Positions 33,644 through 42,544 of a DNA stretch of 49,570 bases are shown here, piece by piece. Location: the NCBI GenBank assembly GCA_964443535.1, contig CAYUCQ010000003.1:1-49570 (forward strand), given 5' to 3'. The position numbers and the translations under genes were made by a program. The DNA is from Candidatus Woesearchaeota archaeon. Its GTDB lineage: Archaea > Nanobdellota > Nanobdellia > Pacearchaeales > GW2011-AR1. Each line of letters starts with the position of its first letter. Position 1 is the first letter of the stretch. Under the pieces are notes generated by a model. It saw only the letters and a program-made list of their open reading frames with translations. It was not told the origin of the DNA and did not search any database.

Positions 33644-34413
33644 TTCAATTCTCCCAATGCTTTTTGAGTGTAAACTGCTAATCTGCCAAGAGGATATAAA
33701 TCTTTTATGTTCAGTTCGTTTGTTTTTCTGACATCAATTCCCTTGACTTTCATATTTTCGTCTTTTGCTATGACAAGCAAAAGACCTGCGTTTGACTTGT
33801 ATTTCCTGCCTCTTGATTTCCCTTTTCCTGCTCTTACTGATTTATTCTTCAATAACAATTCAAAATTTTCCTTGAAAATTAATTTTATTGCATTGAAAAA
33901 ATCTTTTGTTTTTATCTTGTCTAATTTTGATTCCAAGATTACTGGAAGTTTTACATGCAGCTTGTTCAAAGTTGAATATCTTTTTATTATTGAAGATTCG
34001 TGGGCAGTAGATGCCAATGCAGAATGCATTGCCATGAGCATTTCTTTCTTATTGATTTTCTTTATCTGGCTGTTTAGTTTTGGCGGATGAGCTCTTCTTC
34101 CTCCTCTTACGCTTGCAACTTCAGCTCCGACCCAGAAGAACTGCGTTCCCCTGCGCCACATTGTTTTTCTTGGAATTCTTGATATTCCTTTTCCATAATG
34201 CCCTTTCCAGTCATGTCTTTTGTGGGAAATTTTTCCTGAAGCAGCATGCCTTTTTCCAGCTTCTTTGTATGGAGCATATGGATGAATGCTGTTCAGTCTT
34301 TCTGCTTCATAATATTTCTGAACAATATCTTCTCTAATATTTGAATTAAATATTTCTGGAATTTCTATTTCTCCTGCTTCTTCTCCCTTGATATTGTATA
34401 ATTTTGCTTTCAT
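33640..34413 (-). CDS. rpl4: ribosomal protein uL4
   Basis: PYKEAGKRHAASGKISHKRHDWKGHYGKGISRIPR...VRGGRRAHPPK. Confidence 0.9.
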   Translation of the reverse strand: MKAKLYNIKGEEAGEIEIPEIFNSNIREDIVQKYYEAERLNSIHPYAPYKEAGKRHAASGKISHKRHDWKGHYGKGISRIPRKTMWRRGTQFFWVGAEVASVRGGRRAHPPKLNSQIKKINKKEMLMAMHSALASTAHESSIIKRYSTLNKLHVKLPVILESKLDKIKTKDFFNAIKLIFKENFELLLKNKSVRAGKGKSRGRKYKSNAGLLLVIAKDENMKVKGIDVRKTNELNIKDLYPLGRLAVYTQKALGELK

Positions 34414-35363
34414 TTTGTTATCAGCTCCATGAATTCATATTTCTTTTTTGCTTGATATCTAGTTGGCCTGAAAGGAGAAGTGAGCAATATTTGTCTTTTT
34501 GGAGGGCCTTGAATAGAACCTTTGATTATCATGTAAGAAGTTTTTATTTTTCCGTAATGCTTGAAACCAGAACTTGGATTGATGTTTTTTTCGCTGATGT
34601 TTCCTGAAGCGACAATTAAATTGTTATATTGCAGTCTTGTGAAGAAGCCTAACTGCCCCATCATTGGTGTTCTAAATGTAACGTGAGCAGGATGCCATGG
34701 ACCAAGGCTTCCTGGGCGCCTTATTCCTTTTTCTGATTTGTGCTGCTTTAGTGTAATTCCAAATCTTTTTACAGGACCTTGAGTTCCTTTGCCTGTTGTG
34801 ACTGCTCTTGCGTCTAAAATATTTGATTTTAGTAAACTAGATAGAGACATCTCCTTATTTATCAGTGATTTTACAAACTCTAGCTTGTTTTTTGCATTTA
34901 TTCCTAATTCTGCCAAATCAGGCGTCTTTTTTATAGAAGTCTGCTTTGGAATTGAATAAACTATAATTCTCAAATCGTCGTAACTTGGGGGAACTTTATC
35001 AAGAGTTGAAAGCTGTTTTGGAACTTTCAGCTTTTTCTTTAATTCTTTGTCATTTGAAACTATCAAGTCCTTTATTACCTTGCCGTCCTTGTAAAATCTT
35101 ACTGAGAAAATCTTCATGCTTGGAATTTCAAGTATAGTAACTGGAATTGTTATTTTCTTTCCTAATGTCATTGATTTGTCAGTAGAATCCTTTACAACTG
35201 CTGTTGCCATTCCGACTTTATATGCTATAAATCCTAAAATGCCGTCAGAATCAGAAGTTATTCTTTTAAGAGGCTCCCAGTTTACACTAGGCAGGAGCTT
35301 AGATGCTCTCTTTCTCGGATAAAACTGCAAGCTTCCAAATCTTGGACGTGATATTTTTGACAT
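34410..35363 (-). CDS. rpl3: ribosomal protein uL3
   Basis: RPRFGSLQFYPRKRA...VTTGKGTQGPVKRFG...PGSLGPWHPAHV. First gene of the cluster. Confidence 0.9.
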   Translation of the reverse strand: MSKISRPRFGSLQFYPRKRASKLLPSVNWEPLKRITSDSDGILGFIAYKVGMATAVVKDSTDKSMTLGKKITIPVTILEIPSMKIFSVRFYKDGKVIKDLIVSNDKELKKKLKVPKQLSTLDKVPPSYDDLRIIVYSIPKQTSIKKTPDLAELGINAKNKLEFVKSLINKEMSLSSLLKSNILDARAVTTGKGTQGPVKRFGITLKQHKSEKGIRRPGSLGPWHPAHVTFRTPMMGQLGFFTRLQYNNLIVASGNISEKNINPSSGFKHYGKIKTSYMIIKGSIQGPPKRQILLTSPFRPTRYQAKKKYEFMELITK

Positions 35364-35551
35364 TTCCTATTATTGATTCCATTTTCTCCAGGTGTAACTC
35401 TACCTTTATATTTATCTTCTAAACCGCGAATACATTCTACTATATTCTTTTATTTCAGAGAAAGAGAGGTTTTTAAAGGTTTTCGTGGGGTGAGGACACA
35501 TATAAAACTATTTTAGAAAAGGGTTAAAAAGATGCTTTTTCTGTAAAATCT

Positions 35552-36157
35552 ATGGAAAAAGAAATTAAGATAACTAAAAAGCAATTAATGAAAATTGCAG
35601 ATTATAAATCAAAGCCTCTTCCGAAGTATAGCTCGTCTATAATAAATTTGTTAAATAGATGGGCTAAAGGAACAGCGTCAAAAGTTGTTGGGCAAATGTC
35701 TGATTTAATACAAGAATGCCCCTATAAAGATTATGAAAAGTGGAGAGAATGGTATCTTAAAAAATACCCTAATTCTTTGGATAATGCTATAAAATTGATT
35801 ATGTCTAAACTAAAAGAAGTCGCTAAGACATTTGAAAATATTGATGAAAACATAGTTAGAACTTGGGTAGAGGATTTAGTAATTGATAAGAGTTTTTGGG
35901 GTTTGAAGATACAAGAGGCGATTATAGCAAGATTAAAAGAGATAACTAATAAAAAATGTAGATTGGCTACGAAAGAGGAAGAGAATAAAGGCATTGATGG
36001 TTTTATTGAAGATTTACCAATTCAAATAAAACCCTCTTCTTATAAAATTGCTTCAAATGTAAAAACTGAGAAACTTAGAGCCAAAACCGTTTATTATGAA
36101 AAGGATGAAAACGGAGATTATATCATAAATTTAAACGAAATCTCAAATTTGTTTTAA
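35552..36157 (+). CDS. putative type II restriction endonuclease
   Basis: 201-aa ORF convergent with the methyltransferase and overlapping it by 15 nt. GIDGFIEDLPIQIKP fits a D...(E/Q)xK nuclease core. The family is not identified with certainty. Confidence 0.5.
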   Translation: MEKEIKITKKQLMKIADYKSKPLPKYSSSIINLLNRWAKGTASKVVGQMSDLIQECPYKDYEKWREWYLKKYPNSLDNAIKLIMSKLKEVAKTFENIDENIVRTWVEDLVIDKSFWGLKIQEAIIARLKEITNKKCRLATKEEENKGIDGFIEDLPIQIKPSSYKIASNVKTEKLRAKTVYYEKDENGDYIINLNEISNLF

Positions 36158-37195
36158 TAAGCTATAATCTATTTCAAATAGATTTTCTTCTATTTGCTTT
36201 ATTTCTTTTAATTCGGGTATTGATATTTTTATTTCTTGTAAAGTAACAACTGGAAAACTATAATTTTTATTTAGATATTTATGTTCCCCTTTTAATTCTG
36301 CTCTTTCCTTCATAAATTCGCTATGTCTTTTTAATCTATCTTTGATACGCTCATTTGCTATCTCTTTAAAATTTTTTATTCTTACTTCTATAATCTCTTT
36401 AAAATTGGCATCTATTTCGTAGCCGATGCTATTTCTTCCAGAAGCAATAGCTCCCAGTATTGTTGTTCCTGTTCCTAGAAATGGGTCTAAAATAGTATCG
36501 TCTTGTACAGAAAACATATTCACCAGCCTATAAGCTAATTCTATAGGATACGCTGCGCTTCTTTCCCTGATCTTAGTGTAGTTTAATTTCTGAAAGACTC
36601 CATTAATGTCTTTCCATTTATCAGAAAACCAGATGTTTCTTTCTTCCCAAAAGAAAGCACTTCTCTGCCTATTTAATTTTTCTTCAGGTTTATTAAATTC
36701 TCTTTTATCTCCTTTTCTTAAAATTAAAATATGCTCATGTTCTAAAGTTACATAGGCTCCAACAGGCAACATACCAGAACCCATAAACTTATCTGGTTTG
36801 TTAGTTTCTTTTATCCAAAGAATATGGGGCAACGCATGAAAGCCAAGACTTAAACAATAGTTTAATATTCTTGCATGATTAGTATAAATTCTAAATTTTC
36901 CATTTAAACTTCTTGTAGCATCGCCAATATTTATACAAGCAATGCCTCCAACTTTTAAAACTCTATAAACCTCTTTCCAAACTTTGTCCATCTCTTTATG
37001 CATTAGTTCAAAAGCTTTTTCTCCATTAAACTCCTTTAGCGCATGATTTATATCTAAGTTCTGTAAAGAAAACATTTCATCCCACATTTCAATCATGGGA
37101 TAAGGTGGAGAAGTGATCATTAAATTTACACTTTCAGCTTTAATCTCTTTCATCTCTCTTGCATCACTATAAAATATTTTATGTTCTGTTTTCAT
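36143..37195 (-). CDS. DNA methyltransferase, beta-class (likely N4-cytosine)
   Basis: Motif IV ITSPPYP lies near the N-terminus and motif I DPFLGTGTT near the C-terminus. The order IV...I indicates the beta class. SPPY is typical of m4C enzymes. Confidence 0.8.
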   Translation of the reverse strand: MKTEHKIFYSDAREMKEIKAESVNLMITSPPYPMIEMWDEMFSLQNLDINHALKEFNGEKAFELMHKEMDKVWKEVYRVLKVGGIACINIGDATRSLNGKFRIYTNHARILNYCLSLGFHALPHILWIKETNKPDKFMGSGMLPVGAYVTLEHEHILILRKGDKREFNKPEEKLNRQRSAFFWEERNIWFSDKWKDINGVFQKLNYTKIRERSAAYPIELAYRLVNMFSVQDDTILDPFLGTGTTILGAIASGRNSIGYEIDANFKEIIEVRIKNFKEIANERIKDRLKRHSEFMKERAELKGEHKYLNKNYSFPVVTLQEIKISIPELKEIKQIEENLFEIDYSLLKQI

Positions 37196-37239
37196 TTTTC
37201 CTCTTTAATTTTAATTGTTTTACTACCAAAAATATTATT

Positions 37240-37464
37240 TTAAGAGCCCTCTAAATAATACTTGTATAAACTTCCTTCCTTCTGCCTTTGGATTTGTCCT
37301 CTTCTTAATAAATAAAGTAGATTCACTCTAATATCTTGCAGTTTAAAGTTATATCCTTGTTTTACTTTAAGTTCTTTCTGTAAATCTTCAGCAATTCGTG
37401 GTGTTCTTAAAAAGTTGCTCAAATCCATAATTTTTTTAGAAATACTGTTCTTCATTTTACTCAT
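37240..37464 (-). CDS. small winged-helix DNA-binding protein
   Basis: 74 aa. The pattern TPRIAEDLQKEL...VNLLYLLRRGQIQRQKEGSLYKYYL looks like wHTH. Lies upstream of the methyltransferase on the same strand. Confidence 0.5.
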   Translation of the reverse strand: MSKMKNSISKKIMDLSNFLRTPRIAEDLQKELKVKQGYNFKLQDIRVNLLYLLRRGQIQRQKEGSLYKYYLEGS

Positions 37465-37870
37465 CTCCTTTCATTTTTATATTTTCATTCTTAAAATCAT
37501 TTAAAAATCTTTCAATAAATAAAATATTCTTGGCTCTGATATTTTTGTCGTCGATCTTTTCTGCAAAATTCTCTCTTAGCATATCGCTAAGCCTTGAGGC
37601 AAAAACTTTATCTTTTAAACCTGAGTAGGCTTTTAATTCTTCGCGAGTAATTTCTCGTGGTATAGAAGAGTCTGCTGCATTGGCGACAAATCTAGCACTT
37701 AAAATAAATTTCAAAATCTTTCTACCAGAGAGATTTTTTGAAACAATGACCTGCCCATTTTTAGTGATCTTGCATGATGAGCTAAGTTTTAAAATTAAAT
37801 CAGATAATTTTGTTTTTGAATATTCTTCTTCGTTTACAATCCATTCTTTTTTAATTTTTTCGAAATCCAT
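37457..37870 (-). CDS. hypothetical protein, possible wHTH
   Basis: 137 aa. 8-nt overlap with the 74-aa gene. ITREELKAYSGLKDKVFASRLSDMLRENFAEK looks HTH-like. Confidence 0.45.
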   Translation of the reverse strand: MDFEKIKKEWIVNEEEYSKTKLSDLILKLSSSCKITKNGQVIVSKNLSGRKILKFILSARFVANAADSSIPREITREELKAYSGLKDKVFASRLSDMLRENFAEKIDDKNIRAKNILFIERFLNDFKNENIKMKGDE

Positions 37871-37881
37871 ATATGTATTTG

Positions 37882-37959
37882 TATGGTGTCATATATAAAC
37901 ATTATTGTGGTGCAAAATATATTTTAATTGTGGTATAAATATTACTAAATCTTATGGTA
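37882..37959. repeat. four direct T(A/G)TGGT(G/A) repeats with 23-24 bp spacing, each followed by an A/T-rich TATA-like stretch
   Basis: TATGGTG at 37882, TGTGGTG at 37906, TGTGGTA at 37929, TATGGTA at 37953. They lie in the promoter region of the 137-aa/74-aa/methyltransferase operon. Confidence 0.6.
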
Positions 37960-38688
37960 TCAATCATCCTGTTCAATTCTCGGCGCCAGAACAAAAGAAA
38001 GCATCACGTTTCCAGTTGGGAAATCCAACCGCAAAGGATGGTTATTTGAGAATGAGAGCTGGGCGCGGTTTGAGATTTTTGCGCCTTTTGCGAACTTGTT
38101 CATATACTCTAGGGAGAATCTTGCTGTGCTGTTTGCAGAATGTATTTCTGCTTCATCTGATGAAAATTCTATCCTTGCTGAATGCAGGCCAAAGGCTTCA
38201 ACTATGAACTTTGTAGGTTCTGCGACAAATGTGCAGGCGTCTGAAACAATAGAGCAGTCTTCCAATACTTCTACTAATGAATCTGAATTCAGCTTTATTA
38301 CTGAATTAAATTCCCAATTGGGCATTTCTTTTTCATCCATGTCTATCTCTAAAAGAGCGAGACTAAAATCGCGCTTTACCCTGTCATGTATGCTTAGTTT
38401 TAGCATATTATCCTGCTTTTGCAGAGTTAGAGAGCTGCCTGGCTTGCATCTCCTTAAAACTGCCTTTAAATTATCTAAATTTACTCCTAAAACTTCTGGT
38501 TTATCTAGACTATACTCGGAAAACAAGTCTGAAGGCATCTTGAAATGGACCATTGCTACATTTGCAGGGTCTACTGCTGTAAGGGAAAGCCCTTCTTTTG
38601 TGACTTTAATCTTTACTTCTGTCACAAGCTCTGAAATAATTGAGACTATATCTGAAAAAAGTTTTGGGCTTTCTAATCTTAATAACAT
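37960..38688 (-). CDS. pcn: DNA polymerase sliding clamp PCNA
   Basis: LFSDIVSIISELVTEVKIKVTKEGLSLTAVDPANVAMVHFKMPSDLF, 242 aa, two-domain layout. Confidence 0.85.
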   Translation of the reverse strand: MLLRLESPKLFSDIVSIISELVTEVKIKVTKEGLSLTAVDPANVAMVHFKMPSDLFSEYSLDKPEVLGVNLDNLKAVLRRCKPGSSLTLQKQDNMLKLSIHDRVKRDFSLALLEIDMDEKEMPNWEFNSVIKLNSDSLVEVLEDCSIVSDACTFVAEPTKFIVEAFGLHSARIEFSSDEAEIHSANSTARFSLEYMNKFAKGAKISNRAQLSFSNNHPLRLDFPTGNVMLSFVLAPRIEQDD

Positions 38689-38789
38689 GAGATTTTGAGA
38701 TTATTTTTATTTTTAAGTATTGTTGTGTTAAGAAATGAAGCTTAAATCAACATAATAAAAGATTTAATATGGACAATTCTTGAAATTCA

Positions 38790-40301
38790 ATGGAGAATAA
38801 AGAGAGCAGAGTAAGAAAGATAACTGCAATATATTATTCTAATCCTAAAGTTCAGGAAGCTATCTTGAATTTTTCAAAGAATAGAGAGGTTGTGCCTAAA
38901 TATTTTGAGCAGTTTGGAAAAAGGCCTGACAGCATACAATACAATTCAGACATAATGGGGCTTGTTAAAAACGGCGCAACAAGCTTTCACGCATCTGAAG
39001 AAATATGGACAGATCCCTTGCAGATTAATTCAGAGATGAGTTCTGATGAATTAAATAATTTAAGGAGAGGATGGGACTTGCTTATTGATATTGATTCACC
39101 TTATCTTGATCTTTCTAAAGAAGCGGTCAAGCTGATATTAAAGCTATTCAAGGAATATAAAATAAAGAATTATAAGATTAAATTCAGCGGCAGCAAAGGA
39201 TTTCATATTATAATTTCAGAGAAGGCTTTTCCAAGAGAGCATGAAGGAAAATTAATGAATGAATCTTTTCCTTCATGGCCAAGAGCTATAACTGAATTCA
39301 TTTTTGATAAAATCAAGCCTGAATTCAGGAAAATGGCTGGCAAGATTGCTAGCTTTAGCCAAGTTGAGAAAGACGACACTATAAGAATAGTCTGCAAAAA
39401 CTGCAATGATATTGCATTAAAAGGAGAGCTTGTCAAGCTAAAATGCCCTGTGTGCAATCTTGAAATTGAAAGAAGAGACATAAAAAAGAGCAAGAGAAGG
39501 CTGCAATGCCTGAATGAAAAGTGCGCAGGTGTTTTGGAAGTTTTAGAATCTATAGACTATTATTATTGCAAGAACTGCAAAGATCTTAACAACGACAAAA
39601 TCCCTCTTTCTTCAAATAAATATCCTGGTATGTTTGAAGAAATAAGAGGAGAGCTTGCTGAAGATTATGCAAAGCTTGACCTTGTCTTGGTTGCACCAAG
39701 GCATTTATTCAGAATGCCGTATTCCCTGCACGAGAAAACTGCATTGGCAAGTGTTGTTCTTGAGGAAAGCGAAATTGATGGATTTGAGCCTGCAAGAGAT
39801 GCTGATCCTTTGCGAGTTGCAGTCAGAGATTTTCTTCCTAATAATGAAAAAGATGAAGGAAAAAGATTATTGGAAGATGCTCTGCAATGGAAAAAACAGC
39901 AGCTAGGAAGCGAGGAGCAGAAAGTCAAGCGCAATTATGAAAAAATTGATGTGAAAGGTGTAAATGAAAGCATGTTTCCAAAACCAATAAAAAAATTATT
40001 AATGGGCTTGAAAGACGGAAAAAAGAGAGGGTTGTTTATTCTTTTAACGTTTTTAAAAAGCTTGAATTTTCCTCCGGATTATATAAATAATAAAATAAGG
40101 GAATGGAACAAGTTGAACGAACCGCCTTTGAAAGAAGGATATGTGAAAAGCCAAATAGAATGGCATTTGAAGCAAAAAAAACAAATTCTGCCTCCTAATT
40201 ACAATAACGACAGCTTTTACAAAGACCTTGGCTTGTTAGACGAAAAGCCAAATGTCAAGAATCCGATTGTGGAAGTTTTAAGAAAAGTTAGAAGAGCGTA
40301 G
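38790..40301 (+). CDS. priS: archaeo-eukaryotic primase catalytic subunit (PriS) with zinc ribbons and a C-terminal PriL-CTD/PriX-like helical module
   Basis: LLIDIDSPY (DxD), FSGSKGFHIII, LFRMPYSLHEKT. Zinc ribbons: CKNC...CPVC and CLNEKC...CKNC. The tail MFPKPIKKLLMGLKDGKKRGLFILLTFLKSLNF resembles the FPPC...R...LFLK motif of PriL. Confidence 0.8.
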   Translation: MENKESRVRKITAIYYSNPKVQEAILNFSKNREVVPKYFEQFGKRPDSIQYNSDIMGLVKNGATSFHASEEIWTDPLQINSEMSSDELNNLRRGWDLLIDIDSPYLDLSKEAVKLILKLFKEYKIKNYKIKFSGSKGFHIIISEKAFPREHEGKLMNESFPSWPRAITEFIFDKIKPEFRKMAGKIASFSQVEKDDTIRIVCKNCNDIALKGELVKLKCPVCNLEIERRDIKKSKRRLQCLNEKCAGVLEVLESIDYYYCKNCKDLNNDKIPLSSNKYPGMFEEIRGELAEDYAKLDLVLVAPRHLFRMPYSLHEKTALASVVLEESEIDGFEPARDADPLRVAVRDFLPNNEKDEGKRLLEDALQWKKQQLGSEEQKVKRNYEKIDVKGVNESMFPKPIKKLLMGLKDGKKRGLFILLTFLKSLNFPPDYINNKIREWNKLNEPPLKEGYVKSQIEWHLKQKKQILPPNYNNDSFYKDLGLLDEKPNVKNPIVEVLRKVRRA

Positions 40302-40348
40302 TAGTTTCTAAAGAGAATGTTTTTAAATCGCTCATGCTTAGAAATTAG

Positions 40349-42166
40349 ATGAAAAAGAGAGCAGGAATTTTACTAGTTATATTCTCAATATTATTTGTTT
40401 TAGCAATTGTTCTTGGAGAGGCGCAAAGTGGCAATGTTTCTGATTCAGACGAACCGACTGATAAAGTTGAAAAAGCTTACCAATGCCTGCGTGATCAAGT
40501 CAAGGATAAAAGCACATTTTCTTTACAAGACGCTGTGTTTGCCACGCTTGCGCTGGGATCTGACAGCAAGCTTTCTGATAAAATAGAGCAGGAGAAAAGA
40601 GATAGTGAATCATGCTGGCCTAAAACAGGATGCACGATAAAAGACAGCGCGCAAGTATTGCTTGCTTATGAGAGATCTGGAAAGAACAGAAATAGCGTCA
40701 AGGACTGGCTTTTGTCAAAATCAGGCAATGCGCAAGACTTGACATGGTATTTGGAAATTGACATTCAAAATCATGCCAGCTCTGAATGCACTTTGCAGCA
40801 TGATGCTCAAAAGACAAAAGTCAGGATAAAAGAAGACATGAAAATTGATGGAAATCCTGGATCATGCCTTGAAGTTTCTTATGGAGGATATTGGCTTAAA
40901 ATCAGGGAGCAATGCCTTGACAAAGAATTTACAATTTCCTGCGACAAAGATTTCATAACAGCTCTTGTTTATCAGAAAAGAACAGGGGGAACAGTATTTG
41001 TTTCTTCTGAAACTCATTCCAGCGCTTCTTTGGGAACAACAAATGAAAAAGTTGAATCAAAGTGCTTCTTGGCTGGAGGAAAGTGTGATTATGAAGGCAC
41101 ACTTTGGGCAGCTGTTGCATTGGATAAGATAAAAGAAGATTCTTCTGCTTATCTTCCTTATCTAGTTGCTTTAGCTGAAGACAATCAGCGCTATCTGCCT
41201 TCTGCTTTCTTGTTCATACTTGCTGGGGGAGATGACAATTATGCAGAGCTTGCGCAAAAGCAGAAATTAGGGCAATATTGGGAAGTTATTGGAAGTTCTT
41301 ACAATAGATTTTACGACACTGCGCTTGCATTGCTTGCGCTTTCTGGAACAGGCTCTGGAGAAGCTGAAAATGCTAAAAACTATTTATTAAGTGTTCAGAC
41401 AAGAGAAGGATGCTGGAATAATAACAATATCAGAGATACTGGATTTATATTATATTCTGCCTGGCAGAAAGCAGGCAGTTCAGGAGGCGGAGGAGAGGCA
41501 TTTTGCGAGTCAGCAGGACATTTTTGCGAAGCTGCAAATGAATGCCTGAATTCAGGAGGAACTATTTTAGAAGGATTTAGCTGCACAAATTTTAGATCAT
41601 CTTGCTGCACAGTAAGAGTTCAGGATGTTACATGCGCTCAAAAGAGAGGGCTTATTTGCGCCTCAAGCCAGACATGCACTGGAACAATAGAGCAATCAGC
41701 AGACGGAAGCTGCTGCGTCAGTGGAGCTTGCGAAGATTTGCCTAGTGTAAACTTATGCGCTATTTCTGAAGGAACTTGCAAGACAAGCTGTTCAAGCGGC
41801 GAGGATGAAATAGATGAAAGCTGCCCTGATTTTGGAGATGTGTGCTGCAGGCAGGCTGAAGAAGCGCCTGAATTAGGAATTTCTTGGATATGGATTACAA
41901 TATTAATAGTTCTTGTAATTCTTGTTATTTTAGCGATAATTTACAGGCATAAGCTTCAGATTTGGTGGCATAGCAGAAGAAGAGGAAGAGAGCCATCATT
42001 GAGCGCGAGAAGGCCTCCAGGATATCCTGGAATGGGAATGATGCCAAGGCCAATGCAAAGATACGCTTCTCGCGGACCAGCTGTAAGGACAACAAGAGGC
42101 GCAAGGTCAGAGGGAGACAGAGAATTAGAAGAAACAATGAAGAAATTAAAAGAGATGAGCAAATAA
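40349..42166 (+). CDS. type I membrane surface protein: alpha/alpha-toroid (prenyltransferase/terpene-cyclase-like) repeats plus three Cys-rich modules
   Basis: Signal peptide. Repeats such as DSAQVLLAYERSG, YDTALALLALSGTG and NIRDTGFILYSAW. Cys modules at ~41500-41850. TM segment ISWIWITILIVLVILVILAIIY. Arg-rich cytoplasmic tail. Confidence 0.65.
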   Translation: MKKRAGILLVIFSILFVLAIVLGEAQSGNVSDSDEPTDKVEKAYQCLRDQVKDKSTFSLQDAVFATLALGSDSKLSDKIEQEKRDSESCWPKTGCTIKDSAQVLLAYERSGKNRNSVKDWLLSKSGNAQDLTWYLEIDIQNHASSECTLQHDAQKTKVRIKEDMKIDGNPGSCLEVSYGGYWLKIREQCLDKEFTISCDKDFITALVYQKRTGGTVFVSSETHSSASLGTTNEKVESKCFLAGGKCDYEGTLWAAVALDKIKEDSSAYLPYLVALAEDNQRYLPSAFLFILAGGDDNYAELAQKQKLGQYWEVIGSSYNRFYDTALALLALSGTGSGEAENAKNYLLSVQTREGCWNNNNIRDTGFILYSAWQKAGSSGGGGEAFCESAGHFCEAANECLNSGGTILEGFSCTNFRSSCCTVRVQDVTCAQKRGLICASSQTCTGTIEQSADGSCCVSGACEDLPSVNLCAISEGTCKTSCSSGEDEIDESCPDFGDVCCRQAEEAPELGISWIWITILIVLVILVILAIIYRHKLQIWWHSRRRGREPSLSARRPPGYPGMGMMPRPMQRYASRGPAVRTTRGARSEGDRELEETMKKLKEMSK

Positions 42167-42544
42167 TCGTGAGACATGAAACATATTAGAAAGAGTGGGT
42201 GGAAAGAGTTTTTTAGATCTACGAAATGAAAAATAGTTGCTTCTATAATTATCTTGATGATATATCCTTATAGCTCAAATTCTCAGTTCTGCTTTAGCAA
42301 CTTGTAGATGTTCTGGCGAAGGATTTGATAATTGTAAAGATTATTATTTATTTACTATATTAAAGCCGTCTTGTCATTGTAGTTGCATTCCATTAAGTGA
42401 ATTATACTTGAATTATTTTTGGTTTTTGATAGTCCCTCTTATTATTATATACTTAATTATCTCTATTGTTAAAAAATTTATTAAATAACTTATCTTTAGC
42501 CATTACATATAATATATAAAGATAGATTATTAGAAATTAATAAA

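Noticed and set aside
37882-37959. Considered whether the four phased repeats could be a miniature CRISPR array.
   Set aside because: The repeat core is only ~7 nt and the units are ~23 bp. The spacers are A/T-rich promoter-like sequence, and there are no cas genes. The repeats are better explained as operator or iteron sites.
42261-42488. A 75-codon open frame in the 378-bp gap between the two surface-protein genes. It encodes a Cys-rich segment plus a C-terminal TM-like helix (…CRCSGEGFDNCKDYY…FWFLIVPLIIIYLIISIV).
   Set aside because: There is no ATG, GTG or TTG start upstream of the hydrophobic part in this frame, and a nearby ATG (42226) is in another frame and terminates after 15 codons. 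It is possibly a frameshifted relic of a small membrane protein, but this is not callable.
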